Source: Macrostomum lignano (lineage: Eukaryota). From it: a stretch of 45,195 nt of DNA. The stretch lies in the NCBI GenBank assembly GCA_002269645.1, contig NIVC01004455.1:1-45195 (forward strand). Reading direction: 5' to 3'. Below the pieces are notes generated by a model. It was not told the origin of the DNA. It saw only the letters and a list, made by a program, of their open reading frames with translations, and searched no databases. Positions within the stretch are counted from its first letter, which is position 1. The number at the start of each line of letters is the position of its first letter. Shown one piece after another: positions 34,389 through 45,195 of the stretch. The translations under genes were made by a program, and so were the position numbers.

Positions 34389-34608
34389 ATAACAATTGAT
34401 TACACCTGCCCTAGTTAGGCTGTACAGTACGAGGACTGGGGCGTCGCCACACACACCCTCAACTACCCCAGCTAATGCTGGCACCCATTTTACAGCTGGG
34501 TGAACTGAAGCAATGTAGAGTTAAGTGTCTTGCTCAAGGACACAAGTTGTTCCGAGTGGGATCGGGAATCGAACCCCCGACCTTTCAGTCGTGAGTCCGA
34601 CGCTCTAA
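34389..34608 (-). mobile_element. tRNA-derived SINE, 5'-truncated copy
   Basis: Same B box, core and tail as 24834-25146. Confidence 0.85.
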
Positions 34609-35901
34609 CGCTCAAGGGATCGTTATAAGCTTACATGTACATTACTAAAATTCTATGTGGTTTTTCGCTAAAGTTCTGACCCTGGCGAACAATGCGTGAT
34701 TGAGTTTTATTTAATAGTGAATTTAAACTATTCAGTAAATGAAATATGCGCATTTTCTACGCACACTTACTAATAGTAGTTCGCGGAATATGCTGTCTGT
34801 TTTTGCAAAAATCAAGGTGAATATTTTTAAATACTAATTTTGGGTTTCACTTGTCCGAAAAAAATCAAACGAAATAAAAAACTGACTGAAAATTCTTTGC
34901 TTCAAAGATGGTTAGGATTACAACAAAATAATAATCACTGATTAGGGTCTATTTATTTGGTTAGAAAAGTACAACGGCAAACAACGAATACAAAATAAAA
35001 TTGAAAGCAGATAAAAATTTTAAATATTGAAACATTCAGTTTTTTGTTAAAATTGGCCAATTCAGAAAATTGTTTTAACTCGAAACTTTTAGCGATAGAG
35101 TTTGCATGCACGGAAAATCTCTCATTAATATAGAAGAAAATGCAGTGAGATTCGGCATTGAAATGATATGGTGATCGATGACTATGCTCAACCTAATCCT
35201 TTTTAATCGCTAAACAGAATTCAGTTAAATAAGAGCAAGCATTGACAACCAATAGTTGTTAAACAAATGAAAGAACACAATAATACATACTACAAAAAGC
35301 TCGTTTGAAAATGATCCAATATTAACCTGTACAATTTAGATTGAATTACTTTTTAATTCGAATACTAAAAGATTAGAAAATGAGCTCTAATGAGAATTCT
35401 TTGTTCTTCTGACAATAAAATACATTATAAATGAAAAAATTACTCAAAATAACACACAGTTTCTTTTTAACTACTGAACAGCAAAAAATAAGTAGTATAA
35501 ACAGACATTGTCTGTAAATTTCAATTTTAAACAAAGAAATAGTTATAACGATAACAAAATGCTTTTCGCTTACCAATTTGATCGAGAAAATACAATAGAA
35601 TTAAACAGACATCATTTTGTTCCATGCTTTAGGTAATATCTCAGAACAGAATACAGTGAATGCTAATAACTAACAAAGATAAGTTGATATAGAAGCACCA
35701 ATTGAATAAATTTCAATGCCCCGTACATTAAAAGTGCAAATAAGTTCGGGTGCCGAACCAGATTTTTTAAAGGAAACTTAAGTCGCCAAAAAGTTAGCCA
35801 AAGAGTCGCTAGAGTCACTATTGAGTTGTTTGCTAAGACTTTTTAGAGATTCTTGTCACGGTAACGGTTTCAACGGTCAAATGGATTAATTTAAATCCTT
35901 A

Positions 35902-38900
35902 TCAGTACAGCTCATTGTCCGGTTCATTGAGGAACTCCTGCGACAAACGTCGGTGGCCCAAGTCGGAGCCAGCGCTGCTATCATCCCCATCATTACCGTC
36001 TGAATTGCCGTCCTGCAATAGAAAATTCTCGTCTCGATCCTCCGTATCGCTGCCGACAAGGAAAGTCGCACTTCTGCGGGTGGGAATACGTTTAAATAAG
36101 TAAATGCATGAGGAGAGTGCTTCAAGCTGTCATTAACCTGCAGTTTAGCTACAGGTGACTATTGGGGTAGACTATGGGGTAGGTCTTAACCTGCAGTTTA
36201 CAGATTTGACTATTGGGGTAGACTTTAAGGTAGGTCATTAAGGGCAGGGAAAAAACTTACCTAGAAGCGGCCGACACAGATGGAGAGACGGCGGCTGTTG
36301 CAGCCACGGTGGCAGACGAAGGCGGAATCGATCGGAAAGCTTTCCAACGAATCAGACACTCGGCCAGTTTAGCGCCCATCTCTTCTAACTCTCGAACGCC
36401 CATGTGGAAGCCCCGATAGAGGCCCTGGTCACAGCAGCTGTAGCTGGCTTCCAATGTGTAGGCGCACTGGATTCGCATCTGCCGCCACACCACTACGCGG
36501 GCTGTTGCTTCTTTGGCCTGGCCATTGTATTGGGATTAGGGACTGAGGATTAGTAATATGGGATTTCAAATCTGCGATGAACAGTTGGGATCAGTGATCG
36601 AAAATTTCCTATCTGGGTTCGGGATTTAGGATCAGGGATTGGGGATCTAGAATTGAGGAGTTTTAGTCGGGCTTAAGAATTGGGATACCGGGGTTCGAAG
36701 ATAAGGTATCTGGGGATCAGGGGAATCAGGGATGCAGGATTTGGGATCTGGGGATCTGGGATGCAGGATTTGGGATCTGGGGATCTGGGATGCAGGATTT
36801 GGGATCTGGGGATCTGGGATGCAGGATTTGGGATCTGGGGATCAGGGATGCAGGATTTGGGATGTGGGGGTCTTGGATACAGGATTTGGGATGTGGGGAT
36901 CTGGGATACAGGATTTCGGATTTGGGGACCAGGGATACAGGATTTGGGATCTGGGGTATAGAAGTTTGGGATCTGAAATCAGGGATTTGGAATCTGAGAA
37001 TCGGGAACTTAGGATTTAGGATCTAGATAGGATCTATTATATTATTATTAGGATCTAGATACTGGGATCAGGGACTAGGGGTTGGGATCTGGGATTAAGG
37101 ATTGAAGTCTGGGAATCAGGCAATCAGTAAAAAGCTGACAAGAATTCGCACCTTTTCCACGGTGAAGCAGCAGTTAGACCAGGAGAAAGCTGGTGCGGAC
37201 TGGGCCAGCAGACGGGGCAGAGCTCGATATCCCGGATCCTCGGCGGGCGGTCCCGAGCCGCCTGCGCCCAGCAACCAGCCGGGATTGTTCCGATCGACGC
37301 CCTGCACCCAGCTTTGTGTGGGGCTGCAGCCGAACATGAAGACGTTGTTGCGGCGAGAGTGACCGTGACAGTCGATGTAGAGCGCCGGCCGGTGGCCAGT
37401 GAGACAGAGAAGGCCGAGCAGACCCTGGGGGAGAGGATGCGGCAGTTTCTGGGATTCTAGCCCTGCGATCCGGATTTCAAATGCAGTCTGTTATCCGGGT
37501 CAAATACTATCAGGTGATCATCTGACATTCGGGTCAAATACTGTCAGGTGGTCATTTGACATCCGGGTCAATACTGTCAGGTGACCATCTGACATCCGGG
37601 TCAATACTGTCAGGTGATCATCTGACATCCGGGTCAATACTTTCAGGTGGTCATCTGACATCCGGGTCAAATAGTGTCAGGTGATCATCTGACATCCGGA
37701 TAAAATTGCCGGATGTCACGTGACAACTGGGTTCGCAATAATCATTAGAACAATTGATTTGTAGGTTAAAAACCATATTAAATGAGATGGCTCAAGTGGC
37801 TAGTTATTAGATAACTCACCTTGGTGTGGTAGATCTCAGGTTGCCTAGCAACAGTCGGACGCAACCAGGCCCTATTAAGATCTTCAGCCGACAATGAGCA
37901 TCGATGATTGCCATTGATAACGCCGTCCGGATTAAGCATTGGCACCAATTTGAATATGAATTCTCGACGTAGTTGCCTGAAAATTATAACAAAAAGTTAC
38001 GAGTTCTACTATCAACTACTATCAACTATCAACGAGTTCTACTATCGCTATTATTGCTCAGCAGAGAAGAGGAAGGACCGGAAGTGATTAGCAGAGAAAT
38101 CAAGGAACTCCAGGACCGGAAGTGATTAGCAGAGAAATCAAGGAACTCCAGGACCGGAAGTGATTAGCAGAGAAATCAAGGAACTCCAGGACCGGAAGTG
38201 ATTAGCAGAGAAATCAAGGAACTCCAGGACCGGAAGTGATTAGCAGAGAAATCAAGGAACTCCAGGACCGGAAGTGATTAGCAGAGAAATCAAGGAACTC
38301 CAGGACCGGAAGTGATTAGCAGAGAAATCAAGGAACTCCAGGACCGGAAGTGATTAGCAGAGAAATCAAGGAACTCCAGGACCGGAAGTGATTAGCAGAG
38401 AAATCAAGGAACTCCAGGACCGGAAGTGATTAGCAGAGAAATCAAGGAACTCCAGGACCGGAAGTGATTAGCAGAGAAATCAAGGAACTCCAGGACCGGA
38501 AGTGATTAGCAGAGAAATCAAGGAACTCCAGGACCGGAAGTGATTAGCAGAGAAATCAAGGAACTCCAGGACCGGAAGTGATTAGCAGAGAAATCAAGGA
38601 ACTCCAGGACCGGAAGTGATTAGCAGAGAAATCAAGGAACTCCAGGACCGGAAGTGATTAGCAGAGAAATCAAGGAACTCCAGGACCGGAAGCGATTCAC
38701 TCGAGACCCAATAAAAGAACTGATTAGAACAGTGCACCAACCTAGCGGCTGGACTGACAAGATAATTGCCAAGGCCTCGAACAGTCCAACTGGCATTAGA
38801 CTCGCCCGGATGCACTCGGCCAGTGATGAGCACAACTGGCCGGTTAGAGTCCACAGGCTCAGCCGTGACAGTGACCAAATGTATCTGATTTCCGCCTAGG

Positions 38901-41777
38901 GAATTGCCCAAGCACTGTTTAGAGAATAAAATGTCTCCACCATCGGATCCAGCTGATTGCCATTCTTCTAAATCAGCCAGCAGTCTCGTATAGGTGTAAG
39001 GAATATAATAGGCCAGGTAGCAGATATCGCCGCTGTGTTTGAATGTGAGCGTGAAACTAGCCGTGTAATAGGGCACTCTGGGCCCGCTATTGGCAGTTTT
39101 CGGTCGCCAATATTGATTGCGATAATAGCAGACATCTTTGCCGGCACGGAGCCAATAGGCCCGGCCTAGCATGGCCTCTTTAACGCTAAACAGCAGAGGC
39201 CGCATGCCGCAGGTAAACTGGGAGCCGGGCTTCTCACAATTGATTATGTTAAACCTGTAGGGCACGCCAGCTTCGCAGTTTGATAGGCGGAAATAGAACC
39301 ATTGCAGGTGGCCGCGATGGCCAATATCCGGGTTCAGCAGCAGATCGTATTCCCGTCTGCGGACTTGGATTGCTCGGCGTAGATTGCCTGACTCGAAACG
39401 GGATTCGAATGTCAGGTGACTGTTGAGCTGCTGAGGAGGCTGCTGCTGCTGCAGTTCGAGTTCGTCCTCGTTAATTAAGCGATTAGTGTTGCTGGCCGCT
39501 GATCGAGATCGGGCGATGAGGTCGTCAAGGTCGTATACTACTCGGTCTATGATGTCGGAGGGGTCGATCCACCTGGGCGGGTGCAGGGTGCAGTGCTAGT
39601 AGTAGTTGCTTGAGTGTTCATATTCGATTCCCTATTCATTGCACCTGGAAAGACCGCCCCTCTAGTAAGCATCTAGGCCACCAACAGCTCCCAGATGCCT
39701 AGTTGCTGGGCCAGCCTCCCAGATCCTCAGTTGCTGGGCCAGCCTCCCAGATCATCAGTTTCTGGGCCAGCCTCCCAGATCCTCAGTTGCTGGGCCAGCC
39801 TCCCAGATCATCAGTTTCTGGGCCAGCCTCCCAGATCCTCAGTTTCTGGGCCAGCCTCCCAGATCCTCAGTTTCTGGGCCAGCCTCCCAGATCATCAGTT
39901 TCTGGGCCAGCCTCCCAGATCCTCAGTTGCTAGGCCAGCCTCCCAGATCTTCAGTTGCTAGGCCAGCCTCCCAGATCCCCAGTTGCTGGGCCAGCCTCCC
40001 AGATCCTCAGTTTCTGGGCCAGCCTCTCAGATCCCCCAGTTGCTGGGCCAGCCTCCCAGATCTTCAGTTTCTGGGCCAGCCTCCCAGATCTTCAGTTGCT
40101 AGGCCAGCCTCCCAGATCCCCCAGTTGCTGGGCCAGCCTCCCAGATCCTCAGTTTCTGGGCCAGCCTCTCAGATCCCCCAGTTGCTGGGCCAGCCTCCCA
40201 GATCCTCAGTTTCTGGGCCAGCCTCCCAGATCCTCAGTTTCTGGGCCAGCCTCCCAGATCATCAGTTTCTGGGCCAGCCTCCCAGATCCTCAGTTGCTAG
40301 GCCAGCCTCCCAGATCCCCCAGTTGCTGGGCCAGCCTCCCAGATCCTCAGTTTCTGGGCCAGCCTCTCAGATCCCCCAGTTGCTGGGCCAGCCTCCCAGA
40401 TCTTCAGTTTCTGGGCCAGCCTCCCAGATCCTCAGTTTCTGGGCCAGCCTCCCAGATCCTCAGTTTCTGGGCCAGCCTCCCAGATCCTCAGTTGCTGGGC
40501 CAGCCTCCCAGATCTTCAGTTTCTGGGCCAGCCTCCCAGATCCTCAGTTTCTGGGCCAGCCTCCCAGATCCTCAGTTTCTGGGCCAGCCTCCCAGATCAT
40601 CAGTTTCCGGGCCAGCCTCCCAGATCCCCCAGTTGCTGGGCCAGCCTCCCAGATCCTCAGTTGCTTGGCCAGCCTCCCAGAGTGCCAGTTGCTGGGTTAA
40701 CCTCTCAGACCCTGAATTGCTGGGCCCCAAACAACCCCAGACGCATGGACCCTTATCTGATAAGCAATACCATTCAAAATAACATAACCAGAAGCTCAGC
40801 GCACCTCCTAGCATCCTCCAGCACCAGAGCCTGCGTGCAGACGGACTTCCGCTCGGTCAGAGCCTCCCTATACGGCGGCGAAGTTGCTCCGATGAGGTCC
40901 GGATAGCCCAGCATTTGAAATCTAGCTACGGACTTAACGCGATTACTCAAACGTACGTAGCGTTCGGTTAGGATTGAAACGCCACTAGAGTCTGAAGTTG
41001 TCGATAGCCAAGGCGACACTCGCTGCTGCTGCTGCTGCTGCTGCTGCTGACTACGCGAAGTGAGGGGCTTAGCCGCAACTGACAGTAGCGAAGTATCAGT
41101 AGCCGACAATCGCATCGATTTAGTCAAGGACTGCTCCAAAGACGCCATCATATTGGACGAGTTCAATAGATAACTAGCGGACGAAGCTAAACCGGATGAC
41201 TGCTTAGACAGGCAGGGCAAGCTGACGGGCCCAGGCGATGCCTGGCTAGCCGCCTCCTGGCTAATCAGATGCCCGTAGGCGGCGTTCAATTCGGCAAGGC
41301 TGCGACCGTCGCAGTCATCAGCTTCAAAGGAATCAGCCCCGGCCTGATGACTGTTATCGTCTCCGTTCGCGTTGTCCTCGTCGTCGAGGTCATCATCATC
41401 GTCGAATTCTTCGTCATCATCATCATCATCATCGTCGTCGTCTAGATCGTCGTTGTCGACAAGATCGCAGCTGTTGTGATTATCGGCCTGATAGCTGGGC
41501 AGCGCAGAGCCGGCCGTAGCCGACTGCTGATAGCGCAGATTAACATTGTGAGGCGACATTGGCGTTGGCACTGGTAGGCGAGTTCTTGGAGCGCATTGGC
41601 GCAGGATTAGGGTAGCAGCCGAGGTCAGGGGTTCGAGCTCGGCATTGCCTAGAGAACCGCGGCACAGCTGATAGAGAGCTTCAGCGCCGCCGAGTTCCAT
41701 CAGAGCCCGACGGCCGGCTCTGCGATTTGAATAATTAGAGAAATTAGGCTTTGACGTAGCGGAGCGTCAACGCGTCC

Positions 41778-41847
<70 letters not shown>

Positions 41848-44661
41848 AAAGGTCCCAGATTCGATTCCGCTAATTAAATTTTGGGCGGTTGTTAAATTTA
41901 AATAATAATAATTGGTTACACCTGCCCGAATTGGGCAGGTGTGCAACCAACAGCTCAGCCGCAGCTATTGCTGTTCGGTCCAAGGACTGGGGGTCGCTAC
42001 ACACACCTTCAATTCACCTTCACCTCCAGCTAATACTGGCACCAATTTTACAGCTGGGTGAGCTGACGCAATGCAGAGTTAAGCCCTAAGTGTCTTGCTC
42101 AAGGACACAAATTGTTCCAAGTAGGATCTGGAATCGAACCCCTGTCCTTGAAGTCGTGAGTTCGACGCTCTGACCACTAGGCTACAAACCCAGATCGTTC
42201 CGTTCGTGGTCGAAAATCGAACCTCCGCGCCTTGACTAACTTAAACTAGCTGGGGAAAAAGTGGGGGGAGAAATAGCAAGAATAGCGAGAAATAACTCCT
42301 CACCGAACAGCGGTCAGCTGTTTCAGCAGCAGCAGCAGGGCACGCCTAATTGGTACATTTCTATTCCGATTGTCTCTACGCTGCCAGTCTTCGAACTGAG
42401 CCAATGCCAGGCCCAGTCCGCCGTTGCCCAACGCTCTGGCAGCGTTAGATCGCAGCCTAGTCAAGCAAATCAACGTGTCTAACGCCAGTTTCAATAGCGT
42501 TAGCTGACGCCTGCCGCACTGCTCGGTCAGTTTCAATAACTGTTGAACCGCCCCGGATCTGCCAGCGGCTGCGGCATTGCGCTGGCTGGACAAGCAGGCG
42601 GATTTTAATAGGGCCAACGGTACGTGAGCTTGACGCCCGGAGCCGGGACTGGCTAGGGCGCAGTGGCGCAGCAGGCTCAGTGTGATTGGCAGGCACTGGT
42701 GCTGGCGGAGCCTGGCTGGTAGGCGCTTGTCTTTGGGTGCTAGCTTAGTTAGAATCTGCGCGATTGGTGGTATGGTTTCCAGGCTCGTTTGTTAATTAAC
42801 TTTTTGACTTAAACCTAGCGCTTAAAAACTGGTAAGGAATGTTGCATAAGTGAGGTGATTTGGCGAATGATATAAGGTTAATTTTGGTGTAAAAAGCCTA
42901 CTTATTATCTCAATTATTTGTTAAGGTGACTCATGGGGAAACAGGTGAGATACTGGTAGATCAGTACAATGTGACTCATGGGGAAACAGGTGAGATACTG
43001 GTAGATCAGTACAGTGTGACTCACAGGGAACAGGTGAGATACTGGTAGATCAGTACAATGTGACTCACAGGGAAACAGGTGAGATACTGGTAGATCAGTA
43101 CACTGTGAATCACAGGGGAACAGGTGAGATACTGGTAGATCAGTACACTGTGACTCACAGGGGAACAGGTGAGATACTGGTAGATCAGTGCAATGTGACT
43201 CACAGGGGAAACAGGTGAGATACTGGTAGATCAGTACAGTGTGACTCACGGGGAAACAGGTGAGATACTGGTAGATCAGTACAGTGTGACTCACAAGGGA
43301 ACAGGTGAGATACTGGTAGATCAGTACAATGTGAATCACAGGGGAACAGGTGAGATACTGGTAGATCAGTACACTGTGAATCACAGGGAAACAGGTGAGA
43401 TACTGGTAGATCAGTACACTGTGAATCACAGGGAAACAGGTGAGATACTGGTAGATCAGTACACTGTGAATCACAGGGGAACAGGTGAGATACTGGTAGA
43501 TCAGTACAGTGTGACTCACAAGGGAACAGGTGAGATACTGGTAGATCAGTACAATGTGACTCACAGGGAAACAGGTGAGATACTGGTAGATCAGTACAAT
43601 GTGACTCGCAGGGAAACAGGTGAGATACTGGTAGATCAGTACAATGTGACTCGCAGGGAAACAGGTGAGATACTGGTAGATCAGTACAATGTGACTCGCA
43701 GGGAAACAGGTGAGATACTGGTAGATCAGTACAATGTGACTCGCAGGGAAACAGGTGAGATACTGGTAGATCAGTACAATGTGACTCACAGGGAAACAGG
43801 TGAGATACTGGTAGATCAGTACAATGTGACTCACAGGGCACAAGTGAGATATTGGGTAGATAAGTACAATGTGACTCACAGGGCACAAGTGAGATATTGG
43901 GTAGATAAGTACAATGTGACTCACAGGGCACAAGTGAGATATTGGGTAGATAAGTACAATGTGACTCACAGGGCACAAGTGAGATATTGGGTAGATAAGT
44001 ACAATGTGACTCACAGGGAACAGGTGATGAAGGTGACAACCAATTAGAAACAGATTGCGAACACTCACCTGATGCAGCAGCATTAACATGGCTTCGTTTG
44101 GTGCAGATTCGCGCCATTCCTGCGCCATAGACTGGCAGAGCGCCATTGTGGCGCCATGTTTAACAAAAACTTGAGCCCGTCTAGCTGTGTTGGCGTGGCC
44201 CAACAGTTCAGCAATGCAGTTAGCTGTGCACAGCTGCACAGATCTGTCTGGCACACTTTGTAGGGTGAGCACTAGGCTTTGAGCATAATTTGGCTGGCGC
44301 AACAGCAAATCTCGGTTGAGCTTGTCTGTGAATTTGGGTGGCAGTGACGGTGCTTAACTCAAGGAACTGGGAACAGAGATAGATAGACTCTCTACTTACC
44401 CTGATTTTGCAGTGCTTGTAGCAGCCTCGATATCACTGAGCGAATATTGCCATAGCCAGAATCGTCCAATCTGACTCTACTATGATTAGCAGAATTTCTA
44501 TGATGCTTAATTAGAGCTTCAAAATAGTTTTTAATCTTGCTTCTGAAATTAAAGTTTAATTACAAACTTGTCATGGAGATAATCAAAGCACAATTATATT
44601 ATTATGAGCATAATAAACAATTATATTATTTTTTCATAAGCATTTAAACTTACCCATCCAT
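35902..44661 (-). CDS. AGTPBP1: Cytosolic carboxypeptidase 1 (tubulin deglutamylase, M14D), ~1163 aa; exons 44661-44654, 44542-44400, 44352-44069, 42755-42304, 41719-40805, 39572-38742, 37976-37820, 37424-37152, 36517-36261, 36073-35902
   Basis: All junctions GT/AG with consistent phases. N-terminal ARM-like region; [83 protein letters not shown]; acidic C-terminal tail. The first two exons are less certain; the N-terminal ARM region is also shared with paralog AGBL1/CCP4. Confidence 0.92.
36540..37105. repeat. GGGATCTG-rich intronic repeat, 29-bp core unit
   Basis: gggatgcaggatttgggatctggggatct units inside a CCP1 intron. Confidence 0.9.
37490..37720. repeat. 33-bp minisatellite (GACATCCGGGTCAATACTGTCAGGTGATCATCT)n, ~6 copies
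   Basis: 33-bp period measured; ends in an inverted gacatccgg...ccggatgtc. Confidence 0.85.
38077..38692. repeat. 38-bp minisatellite, 16 identical copies
   Basis: GTGATTAGCAGAGAAATCAAGGAACTCCAGGACCGGAA with exact 38-bp period. Confidence 0.97.
39690..40700. repeat. 28-30-bp minisatellite (CTGGGCCAGCCTCCCAGATCCTCAGTTT)n
   Basis: About 35 copies in a CCP1 intron. Confidence 0.97.
41781..41845. repeat. (CT)n microsatellite
   Basis: Directly visible. Confidence 0.98.
41900..42192 (-). mobile_element. tRNA-derived SINE, full-length copy in a CCP1 intron
   Basis: A and B boxes, core GTGTCCTTGAGCAAGACACTT, 3' hairpin and (ATT)n tail. Confidence 0.88.
42926..44030. repeat. 45-bp minisatellite (GTGACTCACAGGGAAACAGGTGAGATACTGGTAGATCAGTACAAT)n, ~25 copies
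   Basis: 45-bp period; variants are clustered along the array. Confidence 0.97.
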
Positions 44662-44842
44662 GATATGTGAAAGCAGATTAGTAAGCCTTCTAATTTTGCA
44701 GTTAAAAAAGTTTAAACATCCAAAGGCATCTGAAAAGGGTGATTTTTCTGCTGTTTTGTTATCACAATCAGATATATCCAAATATAGTAAGGCAAGCTGT
44801 ATAAACTAAGTTCATATAATATTATATAGCCTAGCAATAGAC

Positions 44843-45058
44843 CAGTGGCCTAGCCAGGGGGGGACCAAGGGGGGGGGTGCCTCCCCCCAATTGCCTAAGG
44901 GGGTGGGGTTGGGCACAATGGGTACCAAAAACCATAAGGCAATTGACTGCCTGCGGCACTAAAATGAGTGCCTGCAGCACCAAAAGTGGCAATGGCATAA
45001 GGCATGGCCAGCCAGCGCAACCCCCCTCCACTAATTAAAATTCCTAGCTATACCATTG
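44843..45058. mobile_element. hAT-type MITE-like element (~216 bp)
   Basis: Imperfect 16-bp inverted ends CAGTGGCCTAGCCAGG / CCTAGCTATACCATTG; degenerate flanking repeat caatagac / taataagac. Confidence 0.55.
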
Positions 45059-45195
45059 TAATAAGACAAGATAAGGGGCTATAATATAAGAGGCTATGTC
45101 AAGCTATGAAATAGCACTAAAAACTTTACTTGCAACTTCAGCTGGAATTGAATAAGACCAAAGTTTAAAAATATATATTTTAATTTTACACAAGA

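Noticed and set aside
38077-38692. CRISPR-like regular arrays (38-bp, 45-bp, 16-bp)
   Set aside because: Head-to-tail repeats without unique spacers, no cas genes, eukaryotic intronic context.
39695-40782. Repeat ORFs on + (also 36680-37026, 43241-44047 and the repeat parts of 42914-44308 and 43200-44117)
   Set aside because: Intronic minisatellites of CCP1; only 44352-44069 of the long minus ORF is exon.

Overview
Repeat-rich, intron-containing animal genomic DNA. The GC-rich exons and minisatellite-filled introns suggest an invertebrate, possibly a flatworm such as Macrostomum; this is an unverified impression. I reconstructed five host genes by hand from splice sites and reading-frame phase, and the ORF track shows most of them only as fragments. 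(1) 3' end of an AGAP/centaurin-gamma-like ankyrin exon (1-329, one frameshift). (2) A 2-exon secreted cationic WSC-domain gene (12756-13303, +) with a duplicated WSC exon behind it. (3) A 3-exon secreted PAN/Apple + LamG/ConA-like gene (24274-26132, +). (4) A 6-exon secreted, very cationic 3xLCCL gene (33325-27088, -) whose first intron holds a 3.3 kb solo-LTR-like element with a nested tRNA-Gln-primed LTR fragment. (5) A complete 10-exon cytosolic carboxypeptidase 1 gene (AGTPBP1/CCP1/Nna1, 44661-35902, -). The left half is dominated by a ~9.3 kb segment present twice (2874-12157 and 14629-24118). Each copy carries minisatellites, a dead copy of the WSC signal-peptide exon, and a decayed Mag-type Gypsy element fused to a Harbinger Myb fragment. 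The most interesting signal is a cluster of three secreted carbohydrate/microbe-binding-type module genes that are being remodelled by exon and segment duplication. All coordinates and residue counts are manual and need computational confirmation.
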